A DNA stretch of 58,284 nucleotides from Chromera velia (lineage: Eukaryota). The position numbers and the translations under genes are program-made. The DNA lies in NCBI GenBank assembly GCA_018398765.1, contig JAHBMJ010000059.1:1-58284 (forward strand), given 5' to 3'. The notes below the pieces were generated by a model, which saw only the letters and a list, made by a program, of their open reading frames with translations, had not been told where the DNA came from and ran no database searches. How positions within the stretch are numbered: the stretch's first letter is position 1; each line of letters starts with the position of its first letter. Below are positions 38,624 through 58,284 of this stretch, piece by piece.

Positions 38624-38763
38624 TGGATTTGCAGTACGTCCAGCAGCTGCAAGCGTCTCTGGGTGTGGAGGCTGAGGAAGGTGAGGGAGAGGGAGAGAAG
38701 GCGGCGGGCGACGACAACGACAGCGAAGAGTTCGCAGACGCCAGGGAGGAGGACGGCGAATGA
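30510..38763 (+). CDS. Large protein with a Ser/Pro/Thr-rich disordered N-terminus and a C-terminal coiled coil; function unknown
   Basis: About 13 phase-consistent exons, starting at ~30510, 32918, 33514, 34313, 34757, 35394, 35938, 36272, 36820, 37264, 37755, 38314 and 38635. E/K/L-rich heptad exons; stop TGA at 38761. Confidence 0.8.
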
Positions 38764-40502
38764 AGGAAGGAATGAGGGGGGGCACATTGGTGGGGGGGCA
38801 ACAGAGGTTCGAAAGGGCTATCAAGAGAGGAACCAGCGGCTATCTCGACTCGTGAACGGGTCAGAGAGATGCCTGAGAGAGAACGGGGCCGAGCCGAGAA
38901 AGCAGCATGAGCGACTGTTCTGTTGTTGGATTTCTTTCTTTGATTTCTCCGTCTTGTCCTCCTCTGTCTCTGCCTGTTCCCCACGTACATTCCGCGTTTT
39001 TTTCTGCAAATCGTACCGCCGACTTCTCTTCCTTCGTGAGTCTTCACTCGATGGACCAGTGGAGCTCCTTTTATGTCTTTGCGTATGTGTGTCTCTGCCT
39101 CCTCTCTCTCTCTCTCGTTGGGGAAAGGGGTACGGCTGGGTGAAGGGCTGGGGGGGGGAGAGGTTCAATTGTACACGAGAGAGAAAAGAGAGCGAGCTCA
39201 GTCCTCGCTTGCTTGGTTGCTGCTCCTCTTTTGTTGCGGGGTCCCTGAATGGCCTCCACGGCTTTGCTCCTGGTCCAAGTGGATGCAAAGTGGGAAGGGG
39301 CGGCCAGGACGGTCTGGGTGCTTGTGGTGATTCTGTTGTGAAACAGTGGTGTCGCGTCATGTGCGCATGGGGTGTTGCTGGATGTTTGTGTGAGTCGGTT
39401 GTCTTTCATTCTGTGGATTCGAATTCATTATGTCTTGTTTTGGCATATTCTGGAAGCAAGTGCTTGTTAGCGTGTAGTGCACAAGAGTGGATGGATGGAC
39501 GGATCGACGGCTGATTGAAGTAATTAACTTGCTCATCGATTGAAACCTAAAATCTAGCGAAATCTAGCGTGATGAAACTCTATAGGAAACTAGTTAGAAT
39601 TTTTTATGTATATGAGGATTTCTTCCTTTTATGCTTAGAAAAATATATACTTAACAAATAGACTGTTGATTTGATTGATTGGTTTTGATACTTTTATACT
39701 GTTTATTGTTTGATTATGAAAGGTTACTTCAAAATTTTTGAACTGTGGATAACTGTGGGACGTTTTGATGAAACTTGGTGTGCTGCTATGTGCTACTGTT
39801 TGTAGCTGTTTGCCGCTATAGTATGTTTTTCGGGCGTATAATGACAAACATTAGCAATTAAATTTTTGTGAATGACCTCATACAATTTTGTATCGATCAT
39901 AACCGATTATAACCGATTTTTACTTTAAAGTATTTTAAAGTTAACAAACGGCTATAAACAGCATACTACTGCAAGTAGTCATTATACGGTGCCTCTAGAT
40001 GCCGCTCCATTGCATGATTACTAATGAATACAGTCAAACGCACGCGCGGTACGTCATAATCTACGTCATGCACTCGTCTTGTCTCGTCTTGGCAGACTTT
40101 CGTCTACTTTCGTCCACCACGGGGCTGTCGCTATCCACTATATAGTGGTGCGGAGTCTGGGGCCGGGGGCCGAGGGCTTGGGGGCGCGTTCATTAATAAA
40201 GATCCGCGCCGCCCGCGCGTCGTCGGGAGGGGGCCTTAATTTGTGTTGCCAACAGTGGCTCAGGGTTTGCTTGTCGGAGCCCGCTTCTGATCACCCACTT
40301 CCTTCCATGACTTTGTGGCACAGGCTTTTGTATTGCTTTTGTGCAGGAAGAAAAAGCGCTGAAGGAAATCGTTTGATAGATGGCTAACGCAATACACAGC
40401 GAAGTTGACTGTTGACACAGGAATTCTGCCGTTCTGCACCGGTTTGCCTTGCTCGAACCACATCTGAAAAGCAAGCAGTGAAGTCGATCATTAAGTCGTC
40501 CA

Positions 40503-41924
40503 ATGGCAGGGACTACTCCCTCAACACTTGCTTCTCAACCAATTCATGGAGGTGCTACGGACGATTCCCTGACATCGCGCACACTTTCATCAGGAGAGAC
40601 AGAGGAGACGGAGAATCCCTGTCTTTGTCTCAACGGTCTAAGCACAGATGTGTGGTCGCTTTGGCTAGGGCCGTTCCTGACGCTCCAAGAGCTTACCCGT
40701 CTATCATTTCTGAGCTCCCATTTCAGGCAGACCATTCGATCGATGGAGATCCAGCTTCCTGCCGACCTGACCGGGAACTTCCCACTGTCTATCACAGCAG
40801 ACACGCTTGTCTTCCCGAATCGAACATCCACGTGGACGGGGTTTCCGTCTCTTCGCATCTGTGCACGGCAGATTGTGGTGAGATATGGGAAGAAGAGAAA
40901 CGTGCCCTGCTCAGGCTCTCTTGTACTCGGCGGCCCCGCGCCCGTTCCCCTCGCCCCAGGAAGTGCTCAAATTTCGTTTGTCGTTCAGGAATCTCTTGAG
41001 GGGAATCTTGACATCTTTTCTCGGGGGGGAGATATCTCCGCGTGCCTCCCCGGCTCTGTTTCGGTCATCAAGTATGGAGCCCGATTTGAGTGGGCTGTCT
41101 GTCGACAGGGGAGTGGGAGATCCCCTTAGATTGATTTCTTCTCAGGAGCCTCGGGATGCGTCCGCTTGGCACACTCCCCGAATCTTCCCATCACGCCGAT
41201 CCATATCCAACCCTCAGCTGCTTCCATGTGGACCGATCAGTTCGGCAATTCCTTGGAAGGCCCTCCTGTCGATTTCTTCTCCTTTGGGGGTCATGAGGAT
41301 CATGACCGCTCGCTCCACTTTCCGAGTCTTCCCCCCACGCCCATCTACGCTGAAACCCCACCCGCTTCCAACCGGACAGACTGGTTTGGGAACTGCTTGC
41401 GAGAGCTTATGGAGGATTTTCCCAGCACCATGGTCGTGCAAGCTCTTCAAGTCAGAAAGCGCTTGCTTGGTTCTACGTCTGTCCCAGCCCAACTTGTCCA
41501 TCAGCTTTCTTCGCACGAAAGGACACGCTTTTTTGGTTCAATGGTGTTCATGTTCACACAGAGAGTGTTCTCCCAAAGCTACCGTCTTTGATCGCGCGGT
41601 CAGACAGTCTTGTTTCGATATCATAGTCGTTGAACGCCTTTCATCAATCTTTCCCGCAGGAAGCCGGAGGTCTGGAAGAAGCCAGGGACCTGTTGGAAAC
41701 ATTTCCGTATTATTGACACGTGGAAAGAAGGCTCCTCTGGGTACTGCGCATCGACTAGACTAGGAAGTAAACAGCGGGGTATCAAGAAGGGGCCGTTTGG
41801 ATTGGAAGGAAGTCTTGCATTTTGCCCCGCAGGTCCCATCCGATGTGGCATTGCGTGGACGTCTGCATTTATTGTGAGTGACCTAACCTCAGTGCCCCTC
41901 TGTACATCAAGGTGGCGGCTCTAG
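40503..41924 (+). pseudogene. Intronless ~470-codon frame with an N-terminal F-box-like motif and three in-frame stops
   Basis: LNGLSTDVWSLWLGPFLTLQELTRLSFLSSHFRQTI resembles an F-box; the frame continues through TAG 41127, TGA 41589 and TGA 41631 to TAG 41922. Confidence 0.55.
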
Positions 41925-42075
41925 GTCCGCCCCGGTCTAGGCCCCGGTCCAGTCCCCTCCCCTGAATTCAACTTGGTGCTTCTCGAAGCCAGCGTGCAAG
42001 TTAAGGGAGGACAGTTACTTCCGATCCTGCCGGTGTCTCCGCTCCTTTGGGGCGTGTGCGTTTCTTGTCGTGGGC

Positions 42076-43397
42076 ATGCGAAGGTTGAAGTTCTGGTCAG
42101 AAAAGGGGGGGTCGATGGATCCGGCCGGGTCTACAGGTTTTAATTCGGGTTGCGGGGGCACGTCGTTGAGGGAACCCGTGGCAAGAGATCTGAGAGAGAT
42201 CGTTTCCGTCTGTGTGACCAGACTTCCCCCGCAGATGACGGATGAGACTCTCCTGCAGTCTCTCAGATCTGCAGGGTTCTGCCCTGTGAGTGTAGTACTA
42301 CACGTTCCTTTCGCCCCCTTCAGTCCTCTGGGTCAAACTCGGCACAGGGGCTTCGGCTTCGTTCGTTTCGCCGCACTTGAGGAGGCAACCGCTCTCGTGA
42401 TGAGACATGTCGTGGCCCCACACGGAGTCGGAGTCCGAGGGGAGTTGCGACAGTGCCAGTTCAACCTGTCGGGCCGCCTCCTGGAAGGGCACTGTGCGTC
42501 TCGGGTCCGACTGACGAACCTGGCTCACCTGGCTCAATGGACTCTATCCAAAGTGGTTGAACAGTCAGTTGACGCTTTGGGCTTCCAGCCGTTGAATGTT
42601 GACGTGGAAACAAGTCGAAGTCGGAGAGGGAGTGCCGAAAACTTTGCTACGATCCGGTTTGTTCCAAGTTGGAAGCGTCGGCGTACGCCCAACAGGGAGG
42701 GCCGTTTGTAGTTGATGGAAATGATGAAAGATTTCTGAGAGCAACTGTGGGGGACAATCAGCAGGAGGTGGCGAGGGTGGTAATTTACGGGTTCTCTCCG
42801 CAGACCTCGTGCAGGAATTTGAGAGACGCGATTCGCCGCCTGCATTTGAAACCGACTGATGTACAGATGCACGAGAATGAGTGGAAAAAAGGGTGTAGGA
42901 TGGTGGTTCGCTACGCGTCTGTGTAGTTTTCTTCTCGTGAAGAGGCGGGAGCACTGATCCAGAGAGGTCACTCGGTGCTGATGGGAAGGGGAACTCGGCT
43001 GCAGATTGGCTTTTGGGGTTCCCTGAAGATCGCTGAGGGGCCTCCTGTGCCTTCACATGGTGACGATCTAGTTCTTCAGGAGTCTTCCTTCGAGTTCCTC
43101 TGGACCGTCTTTTCAGTTTTCCTCGTCGTCCGTCTCCGTCTCCTTCACTCACTCCTCAGGGACCCCCAATGCAAATGCACTAGCCTTAGGCCCCTCACGG
43201 GACGCCGTGCAGAGAAGAAGAAGACGGGCACCCTTCGAGATGCCCACTCAGGCTCACTCAGGCAAAAGGTCCGCGGAGGGCACTCCATCCTATCCTCGTC
43301 AGCCCCCACACACCACGAGTTCCCCAGTACACAAGGGCAGTCATTGACAGCCCCTGCTTCCCGTCCTGGATTCTTCCGTCCGACTTCTTGGATCTGA
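42076..43397 (+). pseudogene. Intronless triple-RRM RNA-binding protein pseudogene
   Basis: RRM1 VCVTRLP...HRGFGFVRF; RRM2 VRLTNL...NFATIRF; RRM3 VVIYGF...RYASV*FSSREEA. Frameshift ~42660 and TAG at 42924. Confidence 0.7.
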
Positions 43398-43987
43398 CTG
43401 TAATTAAATCGCTCTTTTCAACCTCTGCTACCTCGTGCAACCACTACAAATTACAGTGTGCCTCTTTGGCGGCATATTAAAGCCCTTCCGAGCTGTGCTG
43501 GGAGCTGTGGAGAGGCAGATCTCGAGGGAAGACAAGAGCGAAAAGGGGAGGGGAAGGCAGACTTTAACCGAATTGCCTCAAAGAAGACGTCTCAGAACTC
43601 AAAGTCCGAGTCTTTCTTTCTGTTCAAGTTAAACTTTCTGTTTTTCTTTCCTGGTTTCTTTTTTTCTTTCTTAGTTGCACTAGTAGTTGCATCATAACTT
43701 GCATCTAACATCTGTGGGAGGTTTGTCAGATTAGTAGTAGGAACTAGAGTAAAGATTCAAGTTGCCAACTAATAAGAATTAAACACACTACTAGGCACAT
43801 TAATTCTTTTTAAAATTAAAAATTTAGGTTTATTTATTGATTTATTGTTTTTCATGAAACTAGGTTACATTTCTAGAGAATTCTTAAAGAATTTAGTGAG
43901 ACTTTAACGTAGAGTTTAAAAGATCTTATTGAATAGATTTCATCGCGTCTACTTCTACTTCTACTAACTTCTACAGTAAGTTCTACT

Positions 43988-44826
43988 CAGGGTTGCCGAT
44001 TTTCCCGGTGGTAAAGCGAGTTGATTACCGGTTAACTGGTAATTACCGGTAGAGTGGCCAGCCACTGGTAAAAAGTTTGGTAAAGGCTGTAGAGATAAAG
44101 TATAATTCAAAACCATACTTTAAAAAATCTATTTACGATAATACGCATTTTTTAAAACATTTTAAGTTATTTGTTCATTCATTTACATGGTCTAACTAGG
44201 TTTGACAGTCATTTACGTGTTGTAAATTAAGTTATCTATGGTTTAAGTGAGACATTAAAGGGCAGCCATGCTGTTTTAAATGATAAAACTGGAAAGACGG
44301 ATTGCAATTGGCCTCAGTAGCATCTCAGTAGCGTGTTAACGACCAAAAACGGTACACAATCGGCATAACTCGCCTCCACCAACACTCTTGTATGCCGCCA
44401 CGCTATATTTATATATAAGCACCATGCAAGTGTGATGCAACAAATCTGACAACCTCGAAGGTGAGCACGTCCTCTCAAAAGAGGTTTTCACATCTTAGGG
44501 CCAGGCTACCCACTAGCTGCCAGTGCCTCTTTACCTCCGCAACGACCACCGCTTCCGGTTTATAGACCTCCGAACCAGACAGACAAGCGCAGACAAACAA
44601 CATATTTTTTAAAAAATCTTAATTTGATTCCTAAAAGTACCAAAAACGTTGAAAGAAGTCTTTAAAACTAAAGAATAGGAGTTGCGTCGCAGGCGAATTT
44701 TTTTTTTTTTAAGCTTTATTTTCACCTTATTTTTTTCCAGTAAAACTTAGGTAAACGGAGTCCATTACCAGTAATCCGGTAATTACCGGTAGAGAGGGGT
44801 CGTTACCGGATAAAAAAGCAACCGTG
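43988..44826. mobile_element. Non-autonomous hAT-like element (839 bp)
   Basis: TIRs CAGGGTTGC and GCAACCGTG; perfect 8-bp TSD GTTCTACT (43980-43987, 44827-44834); subterminal GGTAATTACCGGTAGAG at both ends. Confidence 0.9.
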
Positions 44827-45398
44827 GTTCTACTTGATCGTGCATAGAATCTACTAGTTTAAATTCACTCAAATTTCATAAGTACGTGAATCACTAGGTG
44901 AATCACAACTTTTGGAAGTTTATTTCTCTCGATCTAGAAAGAGTTGGGACCTCACTAGACCTCACATTAGCTGGCTGTGCTTAAATAGCAATTTAAATCG
45001 CTAATTTAAACTTCTAGTTTTAAAATTTTCTATTAACAAATTTCTTTTGTGTCTAAAGTTGACATTGTGCATGATTCAATATGGTCTAACGACTCCGTAT
45101 TAACTCGGCCCTGAGTCTCGCTAGAACTCCGATCTATTGAAATATGTTGAGCTTGCTCAGCTGCCTCAGCATCGTTGTCTAATTTCTGTCCTCAGTGCAC
45201 AGTAGTGCACAGCTTGTGACTTATTCAATGAATTGTAGGATCACTCTATATCACTCTCTCTGCGCGATTGCTGGTAACTGGAGTGCAATGTTTTGGCGTC
45301 TGCTGCTGTCAGAGTCTTTCAAATTCGTGCTCAAACTGTGATCTCTGACTTTCTCCTACGCGCTGACCGCTCTCTCCCTCTTCCTTCTTTCCCTTACA

Positions 45399-46301
45399 CT
45401 ACAGTACAAGCCTTGCCAGAGAACCTCCAAGAAAAGAAGCTTCTGCTACAGCGTGCACAAACGGAATCAGGGCTTTAGAGAACATCGACAACATCAACGG
45501 CCACTGCAGTGCAAAGCCGCAGAAAACTATGAACAACCCCAGGCTCCGTCTGCCCATAGCAAAGGATCCCATCAGTTTGTCGAAGAGAAAAATCTTGAGC
45601 ATCACATTGAATGCATTTCCTGCCTGAATTCCAACACAAGGCCCGTCCACCCGAGGGTCGCCCCAATTGTAGTGAAACATGTACAGCACGGAGGAGCTGA
45701 ATGGAATCACACAGGCCAGAAGAAGCTCTACAGAAACGTCATATCCCCGAAACTTGGGCCCTCTGATCGAGGGCAGCGTTTCAGGCAGGTTAAGGATGTG
45801 GGTGCGCAAGTGGGGCCCGTACTTTGCCCATAGGCAAAGAGCGTGGACTACCCGCAACAGGGAGAGGCCGAGTGTCGCGCACACGACCCACAGAGGCCCA
45901 CAGTCGACCTTCAACAAGAGAAGGGAAACCTCTGCACAGAGAATTGAGATCCCCTCTGTGACACGGAAGGGAGAGAACCAGTGTTGGCGAAGTCGGGGAA
46001 GAAGAAGAAAGAGGAGATCTGAAATCCAGAGCCAACTGAAGTAGTGTCCCACCGTTCGATTCCCCAAGTTCTCTTTGTCCATGTAAGGTCTCCACATGGC
46101 TACACTGTAGAGCAGAAGATCAAGCAGACACACAAGGCAAGCATCGAGGTACCCGAAAGGCTGGTGACTGTTGAGAACTGTAAGGGTCGGTTCGGCTTCA
46201 TCCTCTTTTTGTTGTTTCATTCCACCAAAGCTACTGTCTTCAACCTCACACTCTTCGGGGCCTTCTAATCCCCTTTTTAACTCTTGGCACCCTTCTTGCA
46301 T
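45399..46301 (-). CDS. Hypothetical polytopic membrane protein (300 aa, about 8 hydrophobic segments)
   Basis: Uninterrupted ORF with an acidic N-terminus followed by regularly spaced hydrophobic segments; divergent from TMTC. Confidence 0.75.
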   Translation of the reverse strand: MQEGCQELKRGLEGPEECEVEDSSFGGMKQQKEDEAEPTLTVLNSHQPFGYLDACLVCLLDLLLYSVAMWRPYMDKENLGNRTVGHYFSWLWISDLLFLLLPRLRQHWFSPFRVTEGISILCAEVSLLLLKVDCGPLWVVCATLGLSLLRVVHALCLWAKYGPHLRTHILNLPETLPSIRGPKFRGYDVSVELLLACVIPFSSSVLYMFHYNWGDPRVDGPCVGIQAGNAFNVMLKIFLFDKLMGSFAMGRRSLGLFIVFCGFALQWPLMLSMFSKALIPFVHAVAEASFLGGSLARLVL

Positions 46302-46994
46302 CTTGGTCTTCTTATTCAGCGCAGTGTCGAGGCAGAGCTTGCCTGTATAGCAATAATCAACACAAAAGTATATGAAGAGCGTCGGTTTTGCAACATGCGA
46401 CTTAGTGTTGCTCAAGTGGTCAACAGGAGAACGACTACCACGGCTTGGAGACTTCGACTACCGAGGCGGGCACAAAGCATCACTTGAAGTCTTCACTTTA
46501 CACGACTTGCGACAACTAGACGGCCTGTGCAGTCAGCGAATGTGTCAAAACTTGTCAGTGTGTGTTGCATGCATTCATGCACTGGATGCACGCGTGTTGC
46601 AGACCCCCCCAATCGATCTCCTTTCTCACTTGGCAACGCGGCGTCGCGGACCCTTTTTTGGAAGTTTTTTGGCCATTTTTTGCACATTTTCCGGAATTTT
46701 TTCACTTAAATTTCGCATTTTTATTTCGCATCCAACGGCCGCGAACATCCCCCGCGAGCATGCAGTCGAAGTCGGACTGAGATCGAACTGCCAGGATCTG
46801 CCTGGCAGGCCCGTCGAATCGACGTCGATAAGAAACTTGCCAGAAAGCTCGTCCTGGCACCAACTTGTTTGTGGTACGCGACCGTCTACCTGTTGTGCAC
46901 AGGCGAGCAGATCAGGCATTTTGGCCCCTCTGACCTCGCTTTGGCAGAAGCTTGGACAATCGGTTGCAAGTCTCCTTCAGATTGTCAAGAAGCA

Positions 46995-57740
<10,746 letters not shown>

Positions 57741-57954
57741 GAAAACGTTTTTCGACTCTCTGAGAGCTGGACTTGCAACAATCTTTTCAAGCTCTAAATC
57801 TTGTTATAATTTTAGCATGTCGGAGCCTACTGTGACCTTTTTGGTTGTTCACTTAGGCTATAGGTTTTTTGCCGCAGTGGAACTTTCAATATAACAGACT
57901 CCATCTCAGTAATCATTCTGAGAAATGTTTTTTCAAGATATCATCATGTCACTT

Positions 57955-58045
57955 AGTGACCAGATTTGATTTGATAGGATTTGATTTGATTTGAGCTTCA
58001 AGCTCAAATCTGACCAGATTTGAGGTAGATTTGAGGTCTAGAGGT
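57955..58045. repeat. GATTTGA tandem/inverted repeat cluster, probably a transposon subterminal remnant
   Basis: Several GATTTGA copies, a duplicated GACCAGATTTGA and the palindrome GATTTGAGCTT-C-AAGCTCAAATC. Confidence 0.5.
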
Positions 58046-58284
58046 CACTCTCGACAACACTGAAGACGACATGATACAGTCGACACCACTAGCAAATCCC
58101 TAGGTGACGCACAGTGATAAAAAAAAAGAAGAAAAAATCTGGAGAAGCATAATCTTTTTTTTTTTTTTTTCTATTATTTTATTGGAAGTACCAAACATAT
58201 AATAAAAACACATCTAACTACAAAACCTACCTTTGCTAAGTTTGCTTGGACCTTTGACCACTAAACTAAAAAAAAAAAAAAAAA

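Noticed and set aside
40503..43397. Stop-codon reassignment or selenocysteine read-through to explain the in-frame stops
   Set aside because: Intact genes here terminate normally and have no internal stops; the lesions include TAG, TGA and a frameshift, which fits decay
45399..46301. Heliorhodopsin-like motifs (PFRVTE, LSMFSK)
   Set aside because: About 8 segments rather than 7, no RWxEY, and the Lys falls between helices; probably coincidence
57955..58284. Telomeric or CRISPR-like repeats
   Set aside because: Irregular GATTTGA copies with no spacer periodicity and no telomere unit

Overview
Eukaryotic nuclear DNA: intron-rich and microsatellite-rich. The CDPK type, TGCATG promoter motifs and TGCAG acceptors suggest an apicomplexan-related alveolate such as a chromerid (inference). 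There are nine intact protein genes, eight arranged as head-to-head pairs: Maf/CDPK, amidase/HIT, SDR/coiled-coil protein and orphan membrane protein/TMTC; the ninth is ZNF593/Bud20. The gene blocks are separated by AT-rich islands holding a decayed Ty3/gypsy chromovirus with both LTRs, three non-autonomous DNA transposons (two hAT-like, one Tc1/mariner-like) and a block of two intronless pseudogenes (F-box-like and triple-RRM). The most striking signals are: (1) splice donors dominated by GTCAGT/GTCNGT with no GTAAG seen, often expanded into 4-nt tandem repeats; (2) strongly directional C>T decay (CpG and CpA) of repeats and cargo genes, resembling methylation- or RIP-like genome defence; (3) a possible hAT-bounded cargo element; (4) a KEN-box coiled-coil protein ending in an FFAT-like motif. 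All exon structures and counts are manual reconstructions.
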